Of a stretch of DNA of 64,000 bases, positions 13,701-26,952 are shown piece by piece (position 1 is the stretch's first letter; each line of letters begins with the position of its first letter). Source of the DNA: Octopus bimaculoides (Eukaryota); the NCBI RefSeq assembly GCF_001194135.2, contig NC_068982.1:190048280-190112279 (forward strand). The letters run 5' to 3'. The notes beneath the pieces were generated by a model. It was not told the origin of the DNA, did not search any database, and saw nothing but the letters and a program-made list of their open reading frames with translations. A program made the position numbers and the translations under genes.

Positions 13701-16439
13701 GGCATATTCACATGTGGTGGTGGGCGTGGATATAACTCTGCTGATATTTACAGGTGACCAGTGGTCTGTTAAACAGGATGCCGGTTAAATTGAAGACGAT
13801 GTGCCATCGCTGGTCAGCAACGTAAACATTAAGCATGAATGAGCAATTGCATTGACCGACATGCGTGTGTATGTACACGTGTCCATGGATGCATGCATGT
13901 ATGTGTGCGTGTGTCCCTGCATTGCCATGCCATAATTAGATGTTAACGACACTGATGCACCGCTCCGGAATTGGGGGGGAAGTGTTGAGTGGTCAGGAGA
14001 CGGTGCCGGTCATGGTGGATGGTGGTGGCTATGTGGAGGAGGGGGAGAGACGATGCAGGCGAAGAAGGACGACAACTGTGCGTCCCCCCACCCCACCCTC
14101 GCCGCCGCCAATGTTACACTATCCATTCTAAACCCACAGCAACTGTTTCATATTTCTCGCACATTCATTCTCTTTGCTAAGTACATATATACAGGCGTGG
14201 CTGAGTGGTAAGAAGCTGGCTTCCCAACCACATGGTTGCGGGTTCAGTCCCACTGTGTGGCACCTTGGACAAGTGTCTCCTGTTATAGCCTCAGGCTGAC
14301 CAAAGTCTTGAGAGTGGATTTGGTAGACGGAAACAGAAAGAAGCCCATCGTTTATATATATATCCTCATAATAATAATATACATACATACACACACACNN
14401 NNNNNNNNNNNNNNNNNNNNNNNNNNNNNNNNNNNNNNNNNNNNNNNNNNNNNNNNNNNNNNNNNNNNNNNNNNNNNNNCATCGTTTATATATATATCCT
14501 CATAATAATAATATACATACATACACACACACCCATCTATATATACATACATCCACACACACACACATACACACATATATACACAAACATATACACATAC
14601 ATACTCACTTATCTATGTGTGTGTGTATCTTCATGACTGTGTTTGTTCTCCACCACATCCCTGTGACTTAGCAGTTCAGCAAAAGACACTAACAGAATAA
14701 GTGCTAGGCTGATTCATCTGGCAAAAGACTTTTCAAGGCAGTGGCCCCAGCATGGCCACAGACTAATGATTGAAACAACTGAATGATACACACACACACA
14801 CACACACACGTCACACGCATACATGTTATATACACTGAGGCATATAAACACACCAACACATACGCTTACACACATGAAAGTTGTCAGAGACATGCATCAA
14901 TGTACACCTACATACACATACATTAATATATAAACATGCACGCACACACTCTTCAGTTCTCTCACACATATACACATGCATACATCAGGACATGTACACA
15001 TTCATAGTTACACATAAAAACCCCCTTAAGTGCCTGCATTAATATACACATACATAGACATACACACACACACACATACACCTAGGGGTCACCCTATGAG
15101 GGTGGGGATCGAGGATGAGACAGGAAGAGTGAGTGGGAAGTGGTGGAGGGAGGACAGGTGGGAAAGAGAAAGAGTAAAGCAAAGAGGAGAGAGAGAAGGG
15201 GTGGGTGAAAGGGGTGTAGGTCAGCCCTGGCTGCATAAACCTAGAACCATAAGCATGATAGCTGTAACCACATCCTGTCACTTTTACAGGAATAATCTAT
15301 CTAGGACTACATTATACAATGTGTTCCTTCCTTTTCTAAGGTGGTAAGGTATGATGTGAGAGAGATTTGGCAGTAAATTCTAGCGTATCAAGAAGACACA
15401 TTCAGGCCCCTTGCTTTGGTTGATATGACCCTTCACTGGGTGAATAAAAACACGCACACCCTTACTACAGTGGTCTCTCTCTCTCACATACACACACACA
15501 CACGCATAATATACATTCCTCCTGCTTACAATTCAGGGGTCACACACACACACACACACGCACATGCCCATTACCCCATCACAATGTTCTCAAACACACC
15601 TGTCACTGCAGGGGGTCACCTTGATTAGTTGCCCCCCCACACTAATTATACCTAACTACAGGTAAGTTCCCCTGGGGAAGGGTGAAGCACATTCCTACCA
15701 GCATCACACCCCTAACGCCACCAAAACACCACAATAACCACAACAATTACCAGAAGCAACACCACCACGACCACCACCATCCAACAGGATAACTGTCCAT
15801 GGTCACCACCACCACCACCACCACCAGTCCGCCGTCACCACAGTGGTGGTGGCTATGACTGTCTGCCACCACCACCACGACCATCCACCCTCACCCCAAA
15901 CAATGTCCACTAATTATGTATCAATTGAATGGACAGTTTCCACTTGTGAAGAGCAATGCCACAAACATCACACTTCACTGACCAGCTTTAATGGATGATT
16001 ATGGCGCAGACAACAGCACAGATACATGTGTGCATGCATGCATATACATACATGTGCATGCGCATGCACACACATGGATACATATATACATCATGCATTT
16101 ATATAATTATATATACATATACACACACAGATATATACACACACACATAAATACATATACAGATATATATATACACACATATATACATGCACACATATAC
16201 ACATATATAAACACATATATACACAAATATATATACACACATATATACACACATATATCTATATACGCACACACATATATACACATACACACACACATAT
16301 ATATACACAAATATACATACACACACACACACACATGGATATATACATGATGTGGTGGGCAAATTGTCACTATTTTCTATTTTCTATTTCACGCATGCAC
16401 ATTGTTTGTTTTTGATTTTGTCATCTACATAGTATAGTA

Positions 16440-16840
16440 GGGTAAGTTGGGCACCATCTGTGAAAAAAAAACAGCACCATGATGCAATTCACTCTGTCAG
16501 AAATTTGGAAACAACATGCTGTACTGTTTGGCATTCATCTTGGAAGCTCCAGCACAAACATTTCAGAGTGTTTGGCTGTCGATCTGGGGACAGTGCAATC
16601 TGAGGACATGTACCGAGAGTGACAAAAATCAAACATCCAGTCAACATCATGGTGTTTGGGTCACTAGTGATGCCTCCATTCATCTTCCCACATGGCCTCA
16701 GACTCAACATGGCAGCAGCAGACATCAAGCATCTGGAAGAGGCAGTGCTACCCTGGGTGAAGAGGGTGGCTGCTGGACGACCCCGTGTCTGGAAACAGGA
16801 CTCTGCACCAGGCCACACAAGCAGGAGGACCCTTTTTTAG
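16440..16840 (+). mobile_element. Degenerate Tc1/mariner-superfamily (maT/DD37D-like) transposase fragment
   Basis: HPVNIMVFG...MPPFIFPHGLRLN...VLPWVKRVAAGRPRVWKQDSAPGHTSRRT contains the catalytic QDxAPxH motif. Confidence 0.85.
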
Positions 16841-18464
16841 AAAAAGGTTGTCAAAAGTAAAAGGCAAAGCTTTGTTGTGTTAAGTACTGGTTGCTACAAA
16901 AGTATTAAAATACATAAATACACTCATAAGGCTTTGGTCGGCCCGAGGCTATAGTAGAACACACTTGTCCAAGGTGCCACTCAGTGGGACTGAACCTGGA
17001 ATCATGTGGTTGGTAAGCAAGCTACTTACCACACAGCCACTCCATATATATCATCACTGTCGTCATCATTGTTTAACGCCCGCTTTCTATACTGGCATGG
17101 GTTGGATGGTTTGACTGGGAACTGACAAGCCAGATGGCTACACCAGGCTCCAATCTGATCTGGCAAGGTTTCTACAGCTGGATGCCCTTCCTAATGCCAA
17201 CCACTCTGAGAGTGTAGTGGGTGCTTTTTATGTGCCACCGGCACAGGGACCAGTCAGGTGGCACTGGCATCGACCATGCTGTGCATGTGTCTCTTTATGT
17301 CCAGTGTTTGTCTCCCACCACCACTTGACAAACATCGTTGGTTTATTTACATCCCAGTAACTTAGCAGTTCAACAAAAGACACCTATACAATAAGCATCA
17401 GACTTAAAAGATACGTACTATGATCAAATTGTGTGACAAAAATTCTTTAAAGTGGTGCCCCAGTATGGCCACAGTCCAAATGACTGAAACAAACAAAGGA
17501 GATGAATAAAAACAAAACAGAAGAGCACTAAAATGGCTGCAGAAAAGGGAGACAACTGGATAAAGTTAAATAAACTACTGAGATAATAATTGACGAAGTG
17601 AGCTCGTAATTTGGGGGTGTTTTGTTTACAGTGTTTTCACTGTTTTTGGTGTGTTTTTATTTTATTATTTAAATGGTATTTGTTTTGTTTTTAATTTTGG
17701 TCTTGTGAGTATCAGTTGGACATGAACGGTAAACTTTGGATTCTCACTAATAGACAGTTTACTTGAGAGCTTGGCAGGAGAAAAAGGGGAGAAGAAAACT
17801 CCACTTCACCATATCATTTTCTACATTTCCAAACAAATGTTGCTAATGATATAGAATTTAGTTCAAACAAAGAACTCACGCTTGCTTCTAGTGTGGGGAG
17901 AGGGGTGTGTGTGGGGGGTCTAGGTTCTGCTTTTTTTTTTAAACTACACTTTTATAAAGATGTGTGCTGTGAGTGTGCATGTGAGAGAGAGAGAGAATAG
18001 TTGTGAGTGTGTGTGTGTGTGTGTGTGTATGTGTGGTTGTGTGTGTGTGGTGGTGTGTGTGTGGGGGGTGGTTTGTGTGGGTGTGGTTGTGCATTTCAGT
18101 ATGTATGGTCTCATCGTTTACACTTATGTGAATATCTGTGTACATTCTGCAACTGAGATCTTGTGTGTACCTAAACCAAACAGACCCGCGCACACAGATG
18201 CGTAGACACCATAAGTGATCATGCTGCCTTGATCACTGAAGCCTCTCAGCTATGTAACTCAGTACCAATGGAAGCTTATCAACCCTCTCTCTCTTCCTAT
18301 CTCTCTCTCTTCTTCTCTCTCTTTCTCTCTCTCTCTTCCTCCCTCATTAGTGGTATCATGTTATTGCCAATTGTTATGAGAGAGAGACAAAGGACAAAAA
18401 AAAAAACAGTAAAATCGATAGTAACACAGAAAAGATGACACATATATGTATGTGTGTGTGTGTG

Positions 18465-18522
<58 letters not shown>

Positions 18523-19199
18523 ATCATTTAATGTTCACTTTTCTATGCTTGCAAGGATGAGATCAAAAATACTGAAGCAGATTGTTATTGATTGGATGCC
18601 CTTGCTGTCACTAACCTTCACCCGTTTTCAGGTTAGGCAATGTTTCCTCCAGGACCAGACATGTCTTTCATGAAACACTGGTAACAAATAATATTGGTTC
18701 TAGGACCCTGACATCTATCACCTGACATCAAAACAAGCAGACACTAACACACACATCAACAGGCCATGTGCAACAACAAAAGAGTTAGACCTCAGTTTTG
18801 CTGGAAATCATCACCATCATCATCATTTAACATCCGTTGTCCATGCTAGCATGGGGTGGATGGCTGGATGGTTTGACTGGGCTGCCATGCGAGAAGGCTG
18901 CACCAGACTCCAGTCTGATTTGGCATGGTTTTCTACAGCTAGATGCCCTTCCTAATGCCAACCACTCTGAGAGTGTAATGGGTGTTTTTGCATGCCACCA
19001 GCGCAGGTGCCATTTGCATGACACCAGGGTGCTTTTACATGTCACTGCCAAGGGTACCAATTTGCATGACAGCAGTGTCTGCCACAACTGCAATTTTGTT
19101 GTACTTGATGGGTCTTCTTCTCAAGTACGACATAATGCCATGTGTCTTGGTCATTGCCGCCATGAGGCCCAACACTCCAAAGGAACTCAGCCACTTTGA

Positions 19200-19612
19200 A
19201 TGAGTTCCACCTTTGAATGAAAGCATGTATCCCTGCCCTGTAAAATTCTGTTGACTGGTCTTTGAGCCACTTCTTCACTACCTCCACAATCACCAGATTT
19301 AGCGCCTTCAGACTATCATCTCTTCGGCCCCATGAAAGAGGGTTTGAGAGGCAAACATTATTCCAGTGACGAGGAAGTGAAAACTGTAGTGAAGAAATGG
19401 CTGAAAGAACGGTCAACAGAATCTTACGGGGTAGGGATACATGCTCCCATTCGAAGGCGGAACATTTCTATTGAGAGAAACGGTGACTATGTTGAGAATT
19501 AGGGATGTGATCCACAAAGGACCAGATTCATTTTGATGGATGATACGTGTTCCTGTGTTGGTAATGATACCTGTCCTAAACAAAATGGCATTACTTTTTA
19601 ACTCACCCTCGG
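19200..19612 (+). mobile_element. Mariner transposase C-terminal fragment with 3' TIR-like end, preceded by an inverted partial copy
   Basis: SPDLAPSDYHLFGPMKEGLRGKHYSSDEEVKTVVKKWLK...NGDYVEN*; ends ttactttttaactcaccctcg. Confidence 0.9.
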
Positions 19613-20289
19613 ATACATACATACATATATATATATATGTATGTGTGTGTGTGTGTATACACACACACACACATANNNNNNNNNNNNNNNNNNNNNNNNN
19701 NNNNNNNNNNNNNNNNNNNNNNNNNNNNNNNNNNNNNNNNNNNNNNNNNNNNNNNNNNNNNNNNNNNNNNNNNNNNNNNATACATACACATACATAGACA
19801 CACTCATAAGTGAGAGAGATGTTGGTGTGGCATGTTAATATATATGCATGAGTTTTCCTTGTGGGTTCAATACCAACCATACATATAAAGCTAACCTTTT
19901 ATGATCATCCAACGTATTCAGTAATTACGATTAGTAGCAGTAGTGGCCAGAATCCATTGCCCGCAACAATGACCAATCAATGGCTTAAGTGTCGCAATCA
20001 ATGCATTCTTTTAAAATATGCTAAATGGATTATCATATTCCATTTCGACGACGATGATGATGATGATGATGATGATTATGCACACTCTCATGACATTATA
20101 CACACTCCCTGGCCACCTCTTCTGCCTCCCCACCTCATTCCTTCCTCTTCTCCACCCCCACCCTATCAGTCATGCAATCATTTGCACATTTGCATGCAAG
20201 GCATGCACTCTCTCCTCGATCAGCTTGCGGCCAACATCTTACAATGCTGCCACTGTGCCTTGCAATCGTCACACACAGCTCCATTCATG

Positions 20290-20362
<73 letters not shown>

Positions 20363-20659
20363 TGGCACAATGCCACACATACACATAGCTACATGCACAG
20401 GCATACAATAGCACCTACAGTGACTGGAAAGCGTTCCATGTGGGGGATGAAGAAAAACAAAAAACCAAGCATGGTGTTGCCATTATGTTATTGCCTCACT
20501 CTTACACACAGGCATGTGCGGGGTGGAGGTGCACCGACAGGCATGCAGACCTGTGTGTGGGTGTATCTATAGACATATATGAGTGTGTGTATGTGTGTGT
20601 ATGTGAGGGAATGTTTCAGTCACTATGCACATATGCATTCACACATTTAAGTGTGTATG

Positions 20660-20694
<35 letters not shown>

Positions 20695-20754
20695 GTACAC
20701 ACATATTCATACACACAGACACACGTCCATACATATGTGTAAGTGTATATATGA

Positions 20755-20793
<39 letters not shown>

Positions 20794-21189
20794 CACTGTG
20801 GTTGTGTCCCAATCACTTCATCTGATATATTTATTAAAACCTTTCGACAAAACCCAGAAAGAAAATAGCAAAATATTGGTAATAGTGGTTATTGTTGTTG
20901 TTGGTGGTGGTGGTGGTCAATTGGTCCGGGTGGTGGTGGTGGTGGTGGTGGTGGTTATGACGGAAGATGCTATAATAATTGTTGAAGATAATGGTTATTG
21001 TGGTNNNNNNNNNNNNNNNNNNNNNNNNNNNNNNNNNNNNNNNNNNNNNNNNNNNNNNNNNNNNNNNNNNNNNNNNNNNNNNNNNNNNNNNNNNNNNNNN
21101 NNNNNNNNNGCACAAAGATTTTAAAAAGTTTTGATATAAGCAATGCTTGTTTCTTTTGGGTTTTTTTCCCCCCATTTGAAAAAGAGCCA

Positions 21190-22135
21190 AGATTGACATG
21201 AGCCTGTAGGCTGATGCTCAAAGAGGTTGGCCATTAATGGGATAAGTGCAGAGTATGAGGTGCTTGGATAACATTTAGGAGTGAAAGATGAATGAAGAAT
21301 GGTACCATCTGTACAAGAGTTGACATTGTTTGGTGTGGCAATAAGTAGGTCATTGATGTAAAGAAGGAGAGATGGAGAGAAGACTAAACTCTGGGGTACA
21401 CCAAAATGGATGGAATGAAAGACGGAAAAGGGGTCCATATGTACAAGCTGTGTTTTTTTGGTCTGATAGGAAGCTGGTGCTTCTAGTGATGAGAGGTGGA
21501 TGGAGGCCAGGGATGGAGAGTTTTGATGGGAGATTCAAATATGTGACACAGAAGAGAACTCTAGTGACATGAAGGACAAAAACCTTGCTTTCACTAAATG
21601 GGTGAAAAACCACTGGTGAGTCATATGCGAGGGTGAGTCACATGGGAGGGTGAGTCTTCTGTAGAAATGGCTTCATAGAAGCCTTACTGATGATAATTAA
21701 GCCTTTAGCATTTAAACTGGCCATATCCAGCCAAAAAATTCTGCTTTATGTCCAAATTGATCAGATCTGGTCTCTCACACCTACCTCACAGTGTCATTCA
21801 AAATAGAAACAATTCCATCATTGAAGTCTTTTAATTGAGAAATAATGCCAGATTAATTGAAAACAATGTGAATTAATAAGCATTAGATTAGACAGAGTAA
21901 TCTGAAAGCTTAAGGGTTCAGAGCTTCAAACAAGATAGAGAAGATTTGAGATTTGGAAGAGCATAAAATATGATGGTTGGCAAGATTGCAGGGATCACCA
22001 TTCTTGGGAATGGGACACACTGTAGCATGTTGCCAAAGATCAGAGCCCTTGTAGAAGGGGAATTTGGAAGAGTTTGTTGAGTCTAAGGGCTGTCAATGGA
22101 CTTTATATTTAGCTGCATTCTGGAGCCTAGGGAAA
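21190..22135 (-). mobile_element. Degenerate CR1/L2-type LINE RT fragment interrupted by a TTAA MITE
   Basis: WQHATVCPIPKNGDPCNLANH (RT motif 1 region) and GVPQSLVFSPSLLLYINDLL...TDGTIL (RT core); MITE at ~21698-21920. Confidence 0.8.
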
Positions 22136-22608
22136 GTTCCCTACGGAATGAATGCAAACTCCTAAAGTGTGCATATGAGAGAAAGAAAGAGAAGGGGAGG
22201 GAGAAACAGGTGCAAGTGTAGTTGTGTGTTTAAGAGATTTGTTTCCCAACCACATGGTTCCAGGTTCAGTCCCACAGAACAGCATCTTGGGCAAATGTCT
22301 TCTACTACAGCTCCAGGCCAACTGCTTTCAACATCATCATCATCATTTAGCGTCCATTGTCCATACTGGCATGGGTTGGATGGTTTGACCAGGGCTGGTA
22401 AGTTGAGGGGCTGCACCAGACTCCAGTCTGTCTTGGCATGGTTTCTACAGCTGGATGCCCTTCCTAATGCCAACCACTCTGAGAGTGTAATAGGTGCCTT
22501 CACGTGCCACCAGCATGGGTGCCATTTGCACGACACCAGTATCTGCCATGACTGCAATTTCACTTGCCTTGTGAATGGATTTGGTAGACAGAAACTGAAA
22601 GAAGCCTG

Positions 22609-22647
<39 letters not shown>

Positions 22648-24170
22648 CCTTGTCATGACATCACATGACTGTCATAAATGAATGTTATTTCTTCCTGATA
22701 TTCTGTCAAAACATGTCTGGCCATGGAGAAATGTTCTCTTGCTTGGAAACAGGAAAGGGTTGATGACAGGAAAAGCATCCTGATGTAGAAAATCTGCCTC
22801 AATAAACTCTTTCAGACCAATGCAAGCATGGGAAAGTGGAGGTTAAGAATGGAGGAGAAATCAAAGAAAGACAGAGCCAAGATGTAGAAAATGGAAACAA
22901 AAAATAGTAAGAAAAAAAAAATTAAGCGGGGAGAAGGAAACATCATAAAGAAAAAAAGTAAAAATACAATAAGAAATATGTTTTACATTTTGTTTTATAG
23001 TTTTATTTTATGTTTCTTGGGAAAAAAAAAGTTTTACATCCATTTGAGTGAAATGAGTTCAGTGACCTTTGCAAGGATTCACTGAAGAAATAAGGGAGAA
23101 TTTAGTGACCTTTGTAGTTTGGTGGTGAGAGAGAGAGAGACAGACAGACAGAGCTGTTGTGGGGTATGATAGTAGAAAAAATCTGACAATGCAAAACCTT
23201 ATTGTATTGCTGCAAATATTCACCCAGAGGCCAGCTAAACTGGGTTCTAATAGCTTCTCTCCAAATACCCCACCCACAACCACTAAATTTGATGGCATCT
23301 AAGACATTCGCCATGTATGTATTGCCAACATCTAACATGCCAGAAAAGGAGGCGGACATTAAAAGACACACACACATACATATACGGTTGCATGTAAAAA
23401 GCACCATTCAAGCATGGTCAATGCCAGTGCCGCCTGACTGGCACCTGTGCCAGTGGCACGTAAAAAGCTCCATTTGAGTATGACTGATGCCAGTGCCACC
23501 TGACTGGCTCTCATGCTGGTGGCATGTAAAAAGCATCTACTACACTCTCGGAGTGGTTGGCATTAGGAAGGGCATCCAGCTGTAGAAACACTGCCAGATC
23601 AGATTGGAGCCTGGTGCAGCCTCCTGGCTTGCCAGTCCCCAGTCAAATCATCCAATCCATGCTAGCATGGAAAGCGGACGTTAAACGACAATGATGATGA
23701 TGATTACATACACACATACACATGCATATGTAGGTATGCGTGTACATGTGATGCACATGTGTCTGCTTCTGCACATATGATGTACACGTATATATTTGTT
23801 ACTCAATGCAGACATACACACACACATGTATGTGTCTGTATTCAAATACAGAAATTTTGACCCACACCAACCCGCCCACCCATATACACCCGTTCTGTCA
23901 CTTATCTTAAACATACCCCAATGCACACATGAGCAAATGAAGGAGCCTGTCGGTTATCACTCAACCTGCAAGAAACAGCAGCCACATCTCCCTCAAAACC
24001 CATCCCGCTGTCTTTAAGATGAGGCAAAATATTTACAGTCTAGGAATCTTTTAAACCAACAGGGTGGTCATGGTGAGAGTGTTTTAATGATTGGTCTGCT
24101 GAGTCTGGAGAGGTCTGAGGATGATGATTAACACATCACACACACACACACACACACACGCACACACACG

Positions 24171-24201
<31 letters not shown>

Positions 24202-24670
24202 ACGCACACACACAGGGTTAGATGGAGACATTCCATACAAAACACATACAGAAACACATATACACTCATATATCATACCCACACATACACAAACACACAC
24301 AAAAACATATTCCACCCATACATCTTACCAACACAAATGAACACACATACATCAACACACACACATACACCCTAACCCTAACCCACACATATATACCCCA
24401 TATAAACCCACACCAATTCCACCAGTAAAAGAGGATTAAGATGTCGAAGTGGTGTCAACTAAGCTTGTTTCTACCCTGGCAAGCATGAACTGGACACTAA
24501 TTAGTTAACGAATGAGTTTGAGGTAATTACATGTCTACATTAGTGATGAGTTATTGCTTCAGCAGTACGCGGGTGTGTGTGTACATACACACACTAATGT
24601 GAACACATCTTGAAGACAGCATATTTAGCACTGACATTGGTTTTGTATATGAAGATTAATTAGTGCATAT

Positions 24671-24710
<40 letters not shown>

Positions 24711-25422
24711 GTGTGTGTGTGCGTGTGTGTGCTTGTGTGTGTGTGTGAAACGCCATGATCATTTCTAATGTCCTTCTTCCATTCCGACTAGATTTTGACA
24801 GTTTGGCAGGATCCAACAAGTCTGNNNNNNNNNNNNNNNNNNNNNNNNNNNNNNNNNNNNNNNNNNNNNNNNNNNNNNNNNNNNNNNNNNNNNNNNNNNN
24901 NNNNNNNNNNNNNNNNNNNNNNNNNNNNNNNNNNNNNNNNNNNNNNNNNNNNNNNNNNNNNNNNNNNNNNNNNNNNNNNNNNNNNNNNNNNNNNNNNNNN
25001 NNNNNNNNNNNNNNNCACCACCAGGCACAAGGCCACCTCTTCCAATGCCCCAACTTTCAAAGGACCTTTGTCTTGGGAGTTATTTGGTGACCCTGTCGGT
25101 GCTGGTGTCACATAAAAAGCATCCAGTCCACACTGTAAAGTGGTTGGCATCTGGAAGGGCATCCAGCGGTAAAAAACATGTGAAAACAGACCTCACTAGT
25201 GTAAGTTCCACATAAAAAGCACACAATCCACTCTGTAATGTGGTTGGTGTTAGGAAGGGCACCCAGCCGTAAAAACCCTGCCAAAACACACAGTGAAACC
25301 TGGTGCAGATCTGGTCTGTTTAAATGCTAAAGGGTTAAATGATTGTGGTGATGAGGAGGATTTCTTCACATGAGTAACATTTGTATTACTTGAAGTGAAT
25401 GAATTTAAATTATGGTGTATGA

Positions 25423-25761
25423 TACAAATATTCTATAATTATAAACATAATTACAATTAGGGGTCAGCTATTTGCTTCACCATGCACCTAATTTAGAAAT
25501 AGGAGTTAAAATGCCTTTTCTGTTACCATAGAGATCTCCCAATATTACCTTACTTTAATCCTGAAACACATATGTAGCTGATCCGAGTCGTGTGGATTCA
25601 TTATTTTTTCTTTTTGCCTATGTAAAAAAGTGTGTTACTGTCTGGGAGATTTTTATGGTAGCAGAAAAAGCATTTTAACTCCTATTTCTAAATTTGGTGT
25701 GTGGTGAAGCAATTAGCTGACCCCTAATTATAATTATGTTTATAATTATAGAATATTTGTA
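25423..25761. mobile_element. Foldback MITE-like element with ~118-bp inverted arms
   Basis: Arm 25423-25541 (tacaaatattctataattataaacataat...gatctccca) pairs with 25643-25761 with few mismatches. Confidence 0.8.
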
Positions 25762-26907
25762 TAATTTTACCTAACAAAGGTTATTTTAACGTACCAATCT
25801 ACTTGGTAAAATTATTAATTAATTAATTAATTTTACCCTTTTATTATTAATTATGGTGTATGATATATATGAATGATAAATTATTATTTTGTAATTTCAG
25901 CTTTTATTTAACATTTTCATACTGCAAGGTACATTGATATTTCATAAATTTAAGGAACAGTCATCAGAGAACAGAATATAAAAAAAAAAGTCCAAAATTC
26001 TGTTTTAAGCTGCTAAAAACCAATGTTCAATTCGATATCAACCCAACTCAATGTATCTGTTGGTGCTGTCCTCGAAGAATTCTCTTGATTTCCCCAAACA
26101 AATGAATTACAAATCATCAGACAGACATTGTACCAGAACTCTTTGACTGATTCTTTGTCTTCTGTGTAGCACTTTCACTTTTATCATGTAGTGCCAAACA
26201 GTCACGGTTGCCAATAATGATAGTGGTAAGGAACTCTCAAGAGAGCTGAACAGCAGAAGGTCTTCAGAGTAGAGCCCACCACCCCACTGGCAAATGTTTT
26301 GACCTTTGTTTTACTCTAAAGGGGCTGAGCCTCATCCAGGTTGTGACTCCTGAGTGCCCTTCTGCAGACACTTTTTAGCAACTTGGATATTGGAAACTCG
26401 TGCCTTTAAACCACTTGGAGTTTCCATCTAGTTGGAACTCCATACAAACACAGTTGCCAATAAATGGTAAGATGTAGAACCGAAACGATAAGATGTCAAC
26501 TGGGAGAAACCTTCAATCTGGTTGCAAAATGTCTGGCAAAATCACTCAACCCTATGTTGGAAAAACATTCAGCGATATCTACAATTTTCACAGGGGTCAC
26601 AACAATGGAGCTAAGAAAAACTGGTTTAATTCAACCCTTTTGATACCAACCCACCCGAGACCACCCCTGCTGATATGATATAAATTTCAGGTTTTAAAGA
26701 GATCAAAATTGAAACCTTCCATCAAAATTTCTTGTTTGGCGTAAGAGTGACTGTGTGGTAAGTAGCTTACTTACCAACCACATGGTTCCGGGTTCAGTCC
26801 CACTGCATGGCAGTGTCTTCTACTATAGTGTCTTCTATTATAGCCTCAGGCCGATCAAAGCCTTGTGAGTGGATTTGGTAGACGGAAATTGAAAGAAGCC
26901 CGTCGTA

Positions 26908-26952
<45 letters not shown>

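Noticed and set aside
14347-14531. 52-bp direct repeat on both sides of the gap
   Set aside because: Identical sequence abutting an N run is a typical unmerged contig overlap.
24369-24385. Telomere-like (CCCTAA)2-3, also ttagggttag at ~54001
   Set aside because: Too short; expected by chance in low-complexity DNA.
26380-26450. QLDGNS resembling the HLCS C-terminal PDGNSFD
   Set aside because: The following FDM is missing, there are in-frame stops nearby and no splice acceptor.
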